A program made the translations under genes and the position numbers. The notes under the pieces were generated by a model. That model did no database searches, was not told where the DNA came from, and saw only the letters and a program-made list of their open reading frames with translations. From IMG/VR virus record IMGVR_UViG_2547132254_000003, positions 1-33,007 of that record: DNA of 33,007 nt; one strand, 5' to 3'. Below, piece by piece: positions 16,441 to 25,798 of this stretch (the stretch's first letter is position 1; each line of letters opens with the position of its first letter). This DNA is from a virus. Lineage: Duplodnaviria > Heunggongvirae > Uroviricota > Caudoviricetes.

Positions 16441-16470
16441 TTGCAACATTGATTTCGTAACGTTATTATC
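16441..16470 (+). promoter_or_regulatory. Sigma70-like promoter immediately upstream of the tRNA cluster
   Basis: TTGCAA, 17-nt spacer, TATTAT; the first tRNA begins about 8 nt after the -10. Confidence 0.45.
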
Positions 16471-16478
16471 CTGCGCCC

Positions 16479-16554
16479 GGCCCTTTAGCTCAGTGGTGAG
16501 AGCGAGCGACTCATAATCGCCAGGTCGCTGGTTCAAATCCAGCAAGGGCCACCA
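16479..16554 (+). tRNA. tRNA with anticodon CAU, Ile2 (lysidine)-like, 76 nt, CCA encoded
   Basis: Cloverleaf folds by eye; anticodon loop CUCAUAA; close to my memory of E. coli ileX. Ile versus Met cannot be decided from the anticodon alone. Confidence 0.75.
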
Positions 16555-16555
16555 G

Positions 16556-16632
16556 CCGCCACTAGCTCATCAGGAAAGAGCGTCAACCCTTTAAGTTGAG
16601 TGTGCGAGGTTCGAGTCCCCGGTGGCGGTCCA
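16556..16632 (+). tRNA. tRNA-like gene, 77 nt, noncanonical anticodon loop; identity uncertain
   Basis: All stems pair except one A-C mismatch in the T-stem; anticodon loop CCUUUAA has C at position 33 (normally U), giving nominal anticodon UUU; begins with C1-G72. Confidence 0.5.
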
Positions 16633-16634
16633 GT

Positions 16635-16710
<76 letters not shown>

Positions 16711-16713
16711 TAT

Positions 16714-16788
<75 letters not shown>

Positions 16789-17082
16789 GTTAGAGTCTTT
16801 CAGTCTGCGATGATGGGAAATCCCGGAGTGACTGAAAGACGTTTAAGTTATGAATGATCGCCTTTTTTTGCAAAATTGCTGTGCAGAAATACTAACCTTC
16901 GGGCAGGCGATCATTCATAAGCACTCTGCTTTTATTCCGATTAACTGTGGGTGTGGTTTGTTGGATAGAGTGCTTTCCTTTCTGTATATATCGTTTCGCC
17001 CGCTTTTGCGGTTTTTTCTTTTCAAATCCCTTTCATTTCTCAGTGTAAAACTACGCCATCCGTTATTTGCGGAGGTGAGGCT

Positions 17083-17298
17083 ATGAAATCCATGGACAAA
17101 ATTTCAACGGGCATTGCCTACGGCACCTCCGCAGGCAGTGCTGGCTACTGGTTTTTACAGTGGCTTGATCAGGTCAGTCCGTCACAGTGGGCTGCGATTG
17201 GTGTACTGGGGAGTCTGGTTCTGGGCTTCCTGACTTATCTGACAAATCTGTACTTCAAAATCAGAGAAGACAAGCGTAAGGCTGCACGGGGAGAGTAA
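17083..17298 (+). CDS. Class II pinholin, phage 21 S-like, with dual-start motif (71/68 aa)
   Basis: [30 protein letters not shown]...: two TM segments, Met1/Met4 dual start, charged C-terminus; GGAGGTGAGG upstream. Confidence 0.85.
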   Translation: MKSMDKISTGIAYGTSAGSAGYWFLQWLDQVSPSQWAAIGVLGSLVLGFLTYLTNLYFKIREDKRKAARGE

Positions 17299-17302
17299 TT
17301 CA

Positions 17303-17617
17303 ATGACTCAAAACTATGAACTGATTGTGAAAGGGATCCGCAATTTTGAGAATAAAGTTACGGTAACTTTAGCGTTACGGGACAAAAAACGCTTTGACGG
17401 TGAAATTTTTGGCTTGGACATCTCGCTGGACCGTGTTGAAGGTGCCGCGCTGGAGTTTTATGAGGCAGCAGCCAGAAGGAGCATCAGACAGGTCTTCCTG
17501 GATGTTGCTGCCGGGTTATGTGAAGGGGACGAGCTGTTGCCAGAAACGCGCCCCTGTTCAGAGGCGCGGTATACCATAAAAATTAACAGTTCTGATAACT
17601 CGATTACAGGTTGTTAG
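17303..17617 (+). CDS. Hypothetical soluble protein, 104 aa, between holin and endolysin
   Basis: ATG 4 nt after the holin stop with a GGAGAG-like SD; no TM segment; no motif recognised. Confidence 0.5.
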   Translation: MTQNYELIVKGIRNFENKVTVTLALRDKKRFDGEIFGLDISLDRVEGAALEFYEAAARRSIRQVFLDVAAGLCEGDELLPETRPCSEARYTIKINSSDNSITGC

Positions 17618-17672
17618 CTTTTTGCAGTTGGCTTTCCAGTATCTTTCATTGGTAGCATCCTGATAAATATCC

Positions 17673-18206
17673 ATGAGCGCAAAAATCAAATACGGCCTGT
17701 CAGCTGCTGTTCTGGCGCTGATTGCTGCAGGCGCGTCTGCTCCTCAAATACTTGACCAGTTTCTGGATGAAAAAGAGGGTAACCACACTACGGCATACCG
17801 CGATGGTTCCGGTATATGGACCATCTGTCGTGGTGCCACAATGGTGGATGGTAAGCCCGTCATACCGGGAATGAAGCTGTCGAAGGAAAAATGCGACCAG
17901 GTTAACGCTATTGAACGTGATAAGGCGTTGGCATGGGTGGAGCGCAATATTAAAGTACCACTGACCGAACCACAGAAAGCGGGTATAGCGTCATTCTGTC
18001 CCTATAACATTGGCCCCGGTAAGTGTTTCCCGTCGACGTTTTATAAGCGGCTGAATGCCGGTGATCGTAAGGGCGCATGCGAGGCGATTCGCTGGTGGAT
18101 AAAAGATGGTGGGCGCGATTGCCGCATACGTTCAAATAACTGCTATGGACAGGTTATTCGTCGTGACCAGGAAAGCGCATTAGCCTGTTGGGGGATAGAT
18201 CAGTGA
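17673..18206 (+). CDS. SAR endolysin (T4-lysozyme-like, phage 21 R type), 177 aa
   Basis: N-terminal signal-anchor-release hydrophobic segment ([15 protein letters not shown]); catalytic spacing E-x8-D-x5-T ([16 protein letters not shown]). Confidence 0.85.
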   Translation: MSAKIKYGLSAAVLALIAAGASAPQILDQFLDEKEGNHTTAYRDGSGIWTICRGATMVDGKPVIPGMKLSKEKCDQVNAIERDKALAWVERNIKVPLTEPQKAGIASFCPYNIGPGKCFPSTFYKRLNAGDRKGACEAIRWWIKDGGRDCRIRSNNCYGQVIRRDQESALACWGIDQ

Positions 18207-18670
18207 GCAGAGTCGCAGCGATTATTTATACTCTGGTTATCTGCACCATCGTCTGCCTGTCGTGGGCGGTCAATCATTACCGTGATAACGCCATCGCCTA
18301 CAAAGAACAGCGTGATAAAAAAGTCAGTGAGCTGAAGCAGGCGACTGCCACCATCGCTGACATGCAACAGCGTCAGCGTGATGTTGCTGCGCTCGATGCA
18401 AAGTACTCGAGAGAATTAGCCAATGCGAAAGCTGAAAATGAAACTCTGCGCGCTGATGTTGCCGCTGGTCGTAAGCGCCTGCGGGTCAATGCCAGTTGCT
18501 CCGCAGCCGTGCGTGAAGCCACCGGACCCACCAGCGTGGATAATGCAACCAGCCCCCGACTGGCAGACACCGCTGAACGGGATTATTTCACCCTCAGAGA
18601 ACGGTTGATGACGATGCAGAAGCAACTGGAAGGGGCACAGCTATACATTCGTGAGCAATGTCTCAGATAA
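18203..18670 (+). CDS. Rz-like i-spanin, about 155 aa
   Basis: GTG overlapping the endolysin stop; N-terminal TM helix then coiled-coil-rich periplasmic domain; contains an embedded Rz1-like ORF. Confidence 0.7.
   Translation: MSRVAAIIYTLVICTIVCLSWAVNHYRDNAIAYKEQRDKKVSELKQATATIADMQQRQRDVAALDAKYSRELANAKAENETLRADVAAGRKRLRVNASCSAAVREATGPTSVDNATSPRLADTAERDYFTLRERLMTMQKQLEGAQLYIREQCLR
18423..18608 (+). CDS. Rz1-like o-spanin (outer-membrane lipoprotein) embedded in Rz in a different frame
   Basis: Signal peptide with lipobox VVSAC; proline-rich mature part; entirely within Rz. Confidence 0.65.
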   Translation: MRKLKMKLCALMLPLVVSACGSMPVAPQPCVKPPDPPAWIMQPAPDWQTPLNGIISPSENG

Positions 18671-18848
18671 AAAACGGCCAAGGATAATCCGCTAAAGATT
18701 CGCCGGTGGCGAAAGAGAGCCAAGGTGTCAACCTACGCTATTACTTATGATAATGCAACAGACGAAGCGGGACATTCAGGTGCATAACAAAGCGTGGCAG
18801 GTGAACTGCAAACCTGAAAAGGCGCAAAAATCTGCGCCAGAATGGTAG

Positions 18849-19334
18849 TTATTTTGTGGTTTTGAAAAGTTTCATGTACTGATTGATAGGTTTTCCTGAG
18901 TAAGAATCTGTCCCTGGCTCAGGAGTATCAGATAAAACTTTTGCAGCTAATTTGTTGGAGGCTTGATTACCAACCCCGACAATAGCCTCTACATAGAATT
19001 CATTGAAGGAATTTCTAAATCCGTATTGCATTTCTTCAATGCTGGCGATGAGAAGTTGAGTACCGATGCCTTGCGCTTTATATTCATCGGCTACTGCATA
19101 GCCAACGCCAAAGCATGGTTTACCTTCAACAAACTCTGCAGGGACATATATAGCAACACCTTTAACATTTTCTCCTTCAAAGAATGCATAAGTAAACCGT
19201 GGTGTACCCTCTGCATCATCCAAAAGCACCTTCATATTTGGGTGAACTATGCATGGTGAAGGCTTAATCAGACCATTAGAAAAGGCGTATTGAAAACTAA
19301 TTAATGAGTCTGTTGGATCAACGAGTTCTGGCAT
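18849..19334 (-). CDS. GNAT-family N-acetyltransferase-like protein, 161 aa (reverse-strand moron)
   Basis: Candidate acetyl-CoA-binding motif AQGIGTQLL; AT-rich gene and flanks; opposite orientation to the lysis and packaging genes; no partner ORF upstream. Confidence 0.55.
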   Translation of the reverse strand: MPELVDPTDSLISFQYAFSNGLIKPSPCIVHPNMKVLLDDAEGTPRFTYAFFEGENVKGVAIYVPAEFVEGKPCFGVGYAVADEYKAQGIGTQLLIASIEEMQYGFRNSFNEFYVEAIVGVGNQASNKLAAKVLSDTPEPGTDSYSGKPINQYMKLFKTTK

Positions 19335-19578
19335 TTTGAGTCCTATGTATTTTGATATAAGCGATTCAACATACTACTTTCTTACGTTTAATTCTTTAAC
19401 ATTAACGAGCCAGGATTCGAAATTTTGAAAAAGAGTAAAGTTTTTAATAATTCATTCAAAGCATATCGCATGTGCACATCTAAGAAAGGCTTTCAGCTGT
19501 GAGCCTGGGTAAACCGTAAACTTTCGGCGACTCTGCCGTGCGACAGGTTCACGTCTAACATGTCTAAAAGGAAGAGTT

Positions 19579-19779
19579 ATGAAGTTTCAGGTCGCTAAAC
19601 TGTATCGTGGTAAACATTTCGCAGGGTATGGGATTGCAGTTGATGGTGAGTTACTGGAAGGGCAGCTTTCCGCCAGGACAGAGTCACGCGGAGGCGAGCC
19701 ACCAACAGTCACTGTGACTTTCAGACTGACAGCAGAACATATCGAGAATCAGCCCGTCATTCAACTGAACAGGGGGTGA
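19579..19779 (+). CDS. Hypothetical protein, 66 aa
   Basis: ATG with AAGGAAGAG upstream; directly precedes the HNH endonuclease gene. Confidence 0.45.
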   Translation: MKFQVAKLYRGKHFAGYGIAVDGELLEGQLSARTESRGGEPPTVTVTFRLTAEHIENQPVIQLNRG

Positions 19780-19786
19780 GGTATTT

Positions 19787-20137
19787 ATGCCATCACGAAT
19801 CCCACGCGCCTGCCGTAAGCGTGGATGTGCAGGTACAACCACAGACAGTTCTGGTTACTGCGATAAACATCGTGGCGAAGGATGGGTACAGCATCAACGC
19901 GGACTGAGCCGCCACCAGCGTGGCTATGGCTCGAAATGGGATGCCATACGTGCGCGCATACTGAAGCGTGATAATCATCTGTGTCAGAACTGCCTGCGCA
20001 ATGGGAGAGCCGTTGAAGCCAGAACTGTGGACCACATCATTCCGAAAGCTCATGGTGGCACGGATGCAGACAGTAACCTGCAGAGTCTGTGCTGGCCCTG
20101 TCATAAAGCAAAAACAGCGCGCGAACGCATCAATTGA
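19787..20137 (+). CDS. HNH endonuclease (terminase-associated), 116 aa
   Basis: CxxC ... HIIPKAHGG ... CWPCH motifs; located just upstream of the terminase small subunit as in HK97-like phages. Confidence 0.8.
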   Translation: MPSRIPRACRKRGCAGTTTDSSGYCDKHRGEGWVQHQRGLSRHQRGYGSKWDAIRARILKRDNHLCQNCLRNGRAVEARTVDHIIPKAHGGTDADSNLQSLCWPCHKAKTARERIN

Positions 20138-20284
20138 TAACAGTTCCCATCTGTAGGGGAGGGGCGGGTCAAATCTCTGCAACCCTGGCTGCTCAGTACC
20201 GCCGCCTGACCTTTCCTCGCATCGCCGCAGGTTCGAAAACTTTTTTTTGGAATGTGATTAAATGATTGATAGGTAAAATCGATT

Positions 20285-20767
20285 ATGTCTGGACCCCCGA
20301 AAACCCCGCCACGCCTGCATTTGATACGAGGTAACCCCTCAAAGCGGCCAGTTAAAGACTCCAAAAAAACCGCTAAAAAGGATGAAAAAGGTCTCCCTAA
20401 AATTCCGCAACATTTAGGGGCGCAGGGGAAGTACTGGTTCAGGCGAATGGCGGAAGAGCTGAATGCGGAAGGGATCATTTCTCAGCTCGATGCACGTGCG
20501 CTCGAGTTACTGGTGGAAGCCTACACCGAATACCGGCATCACTGCGAAATACTCGATGTTGAGGGTTATACCTACCGCACGGAAACGCAGAATGGCGATG
20601 TGCTGATCAAGGCACACCCGGCTGCTGCGATGAAGGCTGATGCCTGGAAGCGGATTCGGGCGATGCTTGCAGAGTTTGGTATGTCACCGGCAAGCCGGGC
20701 GAAAGTAAATACCGCCGGACCGGATGATGTTGATCCGCTGGCAGAGCTTTTAAAAGCGAGAGACTGA
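20285..20767 (+). CDS. Terminase small subunit (P27/HK97-like), 160 aa
   Basis: Basic N-terminus; position directly upstream of and overlapping the large terminase gene. Confidence 0.7.
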   Translation: MSGPPKTPPRLHLIRGNPSKRPVKDSKKTAKKDEKGLPKIPQHLGAQGKYWFRRMAEELNAEGIISQLDARALELLVEAYTEYRHHCEILDVEGYTYRTETQNGDVLIKAHPAAAMKADAWKRIRAMLAEFGMSPASRAKVNTAGPDDVDPLAELLKARD

Positions 20768-22524
20768 TGGCAAAAGTGGCTGACGGGATCCGCTACGCCG
20801 AACGTGTTGTTGCAGGAGAAATTGTTGCTGGCGAATTTGTCCGTCTGGCCTGCCAGCGTTTTCTTGATGATCTGAAGTACGGCGAAGAGCGGGGGATTTA
20901 TTTCAGTGAACCTCGTGCACAGCACATCCTTAATTTCTACAAATTTGTACCCCATGTGAAAGGGGCGCTGGCAGGTCAGCCCATTGAGTTGATGGACTGG
21001 CATGTGTTTATCCTCATTAATATTTTTGGTTTTGTCATTCCGCTGGTGAATGAAGAAACCGGGGAAGTTGTCATGCGCAGCGATGGCAGTGGACGCCCGG
21101 TGATGGTGCGCCGGTTCCGGACAGCATACAACGAAGTTGCCCGTAAAAACGCAAAATCAACCCTGTCATCGGGTATCGGTCTGTATATGACGGGGGCAGA
21201 TGGTGAAGGCGGGGCTGAGGTGTATTCAGCCGCAACCACGCGTGATCAGGCCAGAATCGTGTTTGAAGACGCCAAAAATATGGTCAGAAAAGCCCGGTCG
21301 ACACTCGGGCGGTTGTTTGACTTCAACAAGCTGGCGATTTACCAGGAGCAGAGCGCATCAAAATTTGAACCGCTTTCCTCGGATGCAAACAACCTGGACG
21401 GTCTGAACATCCACTGCGCCATTATTGATGAACTGCATGCTCATAAAACCCGTGACGTGTGGGACGTTCTGGAAACGGCAACCGGTGCCCGTCTGCAGTC
21501 TCTGTTATTTGGCATCACCACGGCTGGCTTTAACAAGGAAGGGATTTGCTACGAGCAGCGTGATTACGCCATCAAGGTATTGCGAGGCTATAACAGCGAC
21601 GTGGAGGGCGCGGTAAAAGACGACTCCTACTTTGCGATCATTTACACGCTCGATGAGGGAGATGATCCGTTTGATGAAACGGTCTGGCAGAAAGCGAATC
21701 CTGGCCTGGGCATCTGTAAACGCTGGGATGATCTGCGTCGTCTGGCGAAAAAAGCGAAGGAGCAGGTCTCTGCGCGGGTGAATTTTTTTACCAAACACAT
21801 GAATGTGTGGGTCACTGCCGAATCTGCCTGGATGGATATGATTAAGTGGGAGAAGTGCGAATACATTGCTCCACAACATGAGCTGAAAACATATCCCATG
21901 TGGGTCGGCGTAGACCTTGCTCATAAGATTGATATCTGTGCGGCGGCAAAACTATGGCGAACCGATAACGGACATGTTCATGCTGATTTTAAATTCTGGC
22001 TTCCGGAAGGACGGCTGGAGCGATGCTCGCGGCAGCAGGCAGAACTTTACCGGAAGTGGGCGGAGATGGATAAGCTCATCCTGACGGATGGTGATGTTAT
22101 CGATCATGCTCAGATAAAAAGTGACTTACTGGAATGGATTGGCGGTGAAAACCTCAGGGAACTGGGATTTGACCCGTGGAGCGCAATGCAGTTCAGCCTG
22201 GCACTGGCTGAAGAAGGGATACCGCTGGTGGAGGTTCCGCAGACGGTCCGCAATCTGTCAGAGGCCATGAAGGAAACGGAATCACTGGTTTATGCCGGGC
22301 GTTTCCATCACAGCAATCATCCGGTCATGAACTGGATGATGTCTAACGTTACGGTAAAACCGGACAAAAACGACAACATCTTCCCGAATAAATCCACGCC
22401 TGAAGCCAAAATCGACGGCCCTGTTGCGCTTTTTACGGCCATGAGCCGCTTTCTGGTAAATGGCGGGGGCGTGAATGACTTTCTGTCCACGCTTGATCCT
22501 GATGAGGACCTGTTAATTCTGTGA
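20767..22524 (+). CDS. Terminase large subunit (HK97-like), 585 aa
   Basis: Size, ATPase-like N-terminal half and nuclease-like C-terminal half; ATG overlaps the TerS stop. Confidence 0.85.
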   Translation: MAKVADGIRYAERVVAGEIVAGEFVRLACQRFLDDLKYGEERGIYFSEPRAQHILNFYKFVPHVKGALAGQPIELMDWHVFILINIFGFVIPLVNEETGEVVMRSDGSGRPVMVRRFRTAYNEVARKNAKSTLSSGIGLYMTGADGEGGAEVYSAATTRDQARIVFEDAKNMVRKARSTLGRLFDFNKLAIYQEQSASKFEPLSSDANNLDGLNIHCAIIDELHAHKTRDVWDVLETATGARLQSLLFGITTAGFNKEGICYEQRDYAIKVLRGYNSDVEGAVKDDSYFAIIYTLDEGDDPFDETVWQKANPGLGICKRWDDLRRLAKKAKEQVSARVNFFTKHMNVWVTAESAWMDMIKWEKCEYIAPQHELKTYPMWVGVDLAHKIDICAAAKLWRTDNGHVHADFKFWLPEGRLERCSRQQAELYRKWAEMDKLILTDGDVIDHAQIKSDLLEWIGGENLRELGFDPWSAMQFSLALAEEGIPLVEVPQTVRNLSEAMKETESLVYAGRFHHSNHPVMNWMMSNVTVKPDKNDNIFPNKSTPEAKIDGPVALFTAMSRFLVNGGGVNDFLSTLDPDEDLLIL

Positions 22525-22682
22525 AACAGCTTATTACTGATATGACCGGGCTGATCGGTTTCGGTTTGCTCACTGCTGGCGTTTATCTGTATGCAGGTCT
22601 GCCAGCGTCTCTGATGCTGTCGGGCTGTTTGTTGCTGCTTTATGCACTGGTGGTGTCCATGAGGAGAAAACATGCTTCTTGA
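22521..22682 (+). CDS. Possible small membrane protein, about 53 aa, between terminase and portal
   Basis: GTG overlapping the TerL stop; strongly hydrophobic (two predicted TM segments); overlaps the portal start. Below the ORF-track size cut-off. Confidence 0.3.
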   Translation: MKQLITDMTGLIGFGLLTAGVYLYAGLPASLMLSGCLLLLYALVVSMRRKHAS

Positions 22683-23898
22683 TGCTCTGTTTCGCAGTGA
22701 GCCTCTGGAAAATCCCTCGGTTCCGGTAACCGGAGAGGCCGCTGAGACGGATAATATTTTTGCCCGGGATGTGTATGTCAGTCCGGAAACATCCATGAAG
22801 CTGGCTGCTGTCTATGCCTGTATTTATGTTATTTCATCCAGTGTGGCTCAGATGCCCCTGCATGTGATGCGAAAAACGAATGAGCATGTTCAGCCTGCAC
22901 GCGATCATCCGTTGTTCTGGCTCGTTCATGATGAACCGAATGCCTGGCAGACCAGCTATAAGTGGCGGGAACTGAAGCAGCGTCATGTGCTGGGGTGGGG
23001 CAATGGTTATACGTGGGTAAAACGTAATCGTCGTGGAGAGGTTACCAGCCTTGAATGCTGTATGCCATGGGAAACCACGTTACTTAACACCGGTGGGCGT
23101 CATACTTACGGGGTGTATAACGAAGAGGGTGCATTTGCGGTAAGTCCGGACGACATGATCCATATCAGGGCGCTGGGAAACAATCAGAAAATGGGACTGA
23201 GCCCGATCATGCAGCATGCTGAAACCATTGGTATGGGAATGAGTGGCCAGCAGTATACCAGCGCCTTTTTTAACGGTAATGCCCGTCCTGCCGGTATTAT
23301 TTCTGTGAAAAATGAACTGAACGAACAAAGCTGGGGCAGGCTTAAAAATATGTGGCAGCGGGCGGTGACAGCGCTTCGCAGCCAGGAAAATAAAACCATG
23401 TTGCTGCCTGCGCAACTGGATTACCGCGCTCTGACAGTTTCTCCGGTGGATGCTCAGATCATTGATATGACCAAGCTGAACCGGTCGATGATTGCCGGGA
23501 TTTTTAATGTCCCGGCGCACATGATTAATGACCTGGAAAAAGCCACATTTTCGAATATTACGCAGCAGGCGATTCAGTTTGTTCGCTACACGATGATGCC
23601 CTGGGTTGCGAACTGGGAGCAGGAGCTTAACCGTCGCCTGTTTACCCGTACAGAACGGGCTGCCGGGTATTACGTTCGTTTCAACCTCACGGGGTTGCTC
23701 CGTGGGACCCCACAGGAGCGTGCGCAGTTCTATCACTTTGCCATTACAGATGGCTGGATGAGTCGGAATGAAGCCAGGGCATTTGAGGATATGAACCCGG
23801 TTGACGGTCTGGATGAAATGCTGGTCAGCGTAAATGCAGCAAATCCGTTGAATAACTTTAAAGATACGAAAGGCAAAGAGGAAAAGAACGATGAATGA
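22672..23898 (+). CDS. Portal protein (HK97 family), 408 aa
   Basis: Size and position after the large terminase; GAGGAG upstream. Confidence 0.85.
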   Translation: MLLDALFRSEPLENPSVPVTGEAAETDNIFARDVYVSPETSMKLAAVYACIYVISSSVAQMPLHVMRKTNEHVQPARDHPLFWLVHDEPNAWQTSYKWRELKQRHVLGWGNGYTWVKRNRRGEVTSLECCMPWETTLLNTGGRHTYGVYNEEGAFAVSPDDMIHIRALGNNQKMGLSPIMQHAETIGMGMSGQQYTSAFFNGNARPAGIISVKNELNEQSWGRLKNMWQRAVTALRSQENKTMLLPAQLDYRALTVSPVDAQIIDMTKLNRSMIAGIFNVPAHMINDLEKATFSNITQQAIQFVRYTMMPWVANWEQELNRRLFTRTERAAGYYVRFNLTGLLRGTPQERAQFYHFAITDGWMSRNEARAFEDMNPVDGLDEMLVSVNAANPLNNFKDTKGKEEKNDE

Positions 23899-24490
23899 CC
23901 GTGAAACGCGCTGTTACAGCGGGGAGGTGCGGGCGGAACAATATGATAATGCCCCGACCCACATTCTGGGGTATGGCTCGGTATTTAACAGTCGTTCAGA
24001 ACCTCTGTGGGGATTTCGTGAAATCATCAAGCCGGGGGCTTTTGATGATGTACTGAATGATGATGTACGTGGCTTGTTTAATCATGATCCTAATTTCATT
24101 CTCGGACGAAGTTCTGCCGGCACGTTGTCATTGTCGGTGGATGAACGCGGTTTACGTTATGACATTGTTGCACCGGATACTCCGACTATTTGTGACCTGG
24201 TGCTGTCTCCAATGTTGCGTGGTGACATTAATCAGTCCTCGTTCGCGTTTCGTGTCGCCCGTGACGGAGAGAGCTGGTATGAAGACGACGAGGGGATTGT
24301 TATCCGGGAAATCACGCGCATTTCTCGTCTGTATGACGTCAGCCCGGTGACATATCCGGCCTATCAGGACGCAGACTCTGGTGTCCGCTCAATGAAAGCC
24401 TGGCAGGAAGCGCGGGCGAGTGGTGCGCTGAAGAAAGCTGTTAACGAACGAATGGCGCGTGAGCGTCTTTTGACCCTTCTTAATGCATAA
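23891..24490 (+). CDS. Prohead maturation protease (HK97 family), 199 aa
   Basis: Position between portal and major capsid; size typical of HK97-type prohead proteases. Confidence 0.75.
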   Translation: MNDRETRCYSGEVRAEQYDNAPTHILGYGSVFNSRSEPLWGFREIIKPGAFDDVLNDDVRGLFNHDPNFILGRSSAGTLSLSVDERGLRYDIVAPDTPTICDLVLSPMLRGDINQSSFAFRVARDGESWYEDDEGIVIREITRISRLYDVSPVTYPAYQDADSGVRSMKAWQEARASGALKKAVNERMARERLLTLLNA

Positions 24491-24504
24491 GGATACTACT
24501 GACG

Positions 24505-25722
24505 ATGAAACTTCATGAGATGAAGCAAAAACGAAACACCATTGCAAAGGATATGCGTGCACTGCATGAAAAAATTGGTGATAACGCATGGACTGATGAG
24601 CAACGGGCAGAGTGGAACAGGGCGAAAGCTGAGCTGGATGCGCTGGATGAGCAAATCGCCCGTGAAGAAGAGTTGCGCCGTCAGGATCAGGCATATGTGG
24701 ATGAGTCCGGGCCGGAAGAGCGCCAGAATAATGAGGCGGAGAACGGGAAAAAGGCGGTGGAAGAGAAGCGCGCTGCGGCATTTAACCGTTTTCTGCGTGC
24801 CGGATTTGCAGAACTGAATGCTGAAGAGCGTAATCTGATGCGTGAACTGCGGGCTCAGAGTGTAACAACGGATTCTCAGGGCGGATATACGGTGCCCACG
24901 CAGATGCGTAACAAAATCATTGACACCATGAAGGCTTATGGCGGGATTGCCAGTGTGGCGCAACTTCTGACCACATCAACCGGGCAGGATATCACCTGGT
25001 CAACGTCTGATGGCACGACTGAAGAGGGCGAACTGCTGGCGGAGAATACAGCCGCAACGGAACAGGATGTGACGTTCGGGACCGCTATTCTGGGGGCTAA
25101 AAAGCTGTCATCAAAAATAATTCGTGTGTCCAATGAGCTGCTCCAGGACAGTGGGGTGGATATTGAATCTTATCTGGCAAACCGTATTGCCCAGCGTATT
25201 GGTCGTGGAGAGGCAAAATATCTGGTTCAGGGGACCGGAACGGGATCACCGTTACAGCCAAAAGGGCTGGCAGCGTCGGTGACGGGAACCATCCAGACTG
25301 CAGCCTCTGCCGCTTTCACCTGGAAAGAAATGAATGCCCTGAAACATGCCATTGATCCGGCATATCGTGGTGGGCCGAAATACCGCTGGGCATTCAATGA
25401 TGCCACATTGCAGACTATTGAAGAGATGGAGGATGGACAGAAACGCCCGTTATGGCTGCCGGATATTGCAGGCGGTACGCCGGCTACTGTGCTGGGGATC
25501 CCTTATGTTATTGATCAGGCTATTGACGGGATTGGTACCGGAAAAAAATTCATTTTCCTGGGGGATTTCAACCGCTTTATCATTCGCCGCGTTACTTATA
25601 TGGAACTGAAACGTCTGGTTGAGCGTTATGCTGAGTTTGATCAGGTGGCATTTCTGGCTTTCCATCGTTTTGACTGTGTGCTGGAAGATGTGGCAGCCAT
25701 CAAGGCGCTCACTGGCAAATAA
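24505..25722 (+). CDS. Major capsid protein (HK97 fold) with N-terminal coiled-coil delta/scaffolding domain, 405 aa
   Basis: Charged coiled-coil N-terminal region of about 100 aa followed by a capsid domain; no separate scaffold gene; follows the protease. Confidence 0.85.
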   Translation: MKLHEMKQKRNTIAKDMRALHEKIGDNAWTDEQRAEWNRAKAELDALDEQIAREEELRRQDQAYVDESGPEERQNNEAENGKKAVEEKRAAAFNRFLRAGFAELNAEERNLMRELRAQSVTTDSQGGYTVPTQMRNKIIDTMKAYGGIASVAQLLTTSTGQDITWSTSDGTTEEGELLAENTAATEQDVTFGTAILGAKKLSSKIIRVSNELLQDSGVDIESYLANRIAQRIGRGEAKYLVQGTGTGSPLQPKGLAASVTGTIQTAASAAFTWKEMNALKHAIDPAYRGGPKYRWAFNDATLQTIEEMEDGQKRPLWLPDIAGGTPATVLGIPYVIDQAIDGIGTGKKFIFLGDFNRFIIRRVTYMELKRLVERYAEFDQVAFLAFHRFDCVLEDVAAIKALTGK

Positions 25723-25744
25723 CCACTCGTTGTTCAGTTACAGA

Positions 25745-25765
25745 CCGCGCCGACGCGGTTTTTTT
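25745..25765 (+). terminator. Rho-independent terminator after the major capsid gene
   Basis: CCGCG-CCGA-CGCGG followed by TTTTTTT. Confidence 0.55.
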
Positions 25766-25798
25766 ATGCCCGCACAGTGTTGCGGGCAGGAGTTTCTG

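Noticed and set aside
16556-16632. Calling the second tRNA an arginine tRNA by analogy with ileZ-argN-argO arrays
   Set aside because: With a standard 7-nt loop the anticodon reads UUU, not UCU or CCU, and position 33 is C. The identity is left open.
16789-17082. Shiga toxin or another toxin cargo downstream of the tRNA cluster, as in Stx phages
   Set aside because: No ORF of suitable size or character; the region holds only hairpins and a dubious ORF.
16850-17086. 78-aa ORF between the tRNA cluster and the holin
   Set aside because: Lies across large inverted repeats and a terminator-like hairpin; low-complexity F/L-rich translation; more likely structured non-coding RNA or DNA.
22317-25133. 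Several - strand ORFs (for example 22317..22796, 23080..23736, 24389..24963) inside the portal, protease and capsid genes
   Set aside because: All are antisense to strongly supported structural genes and have no start context.
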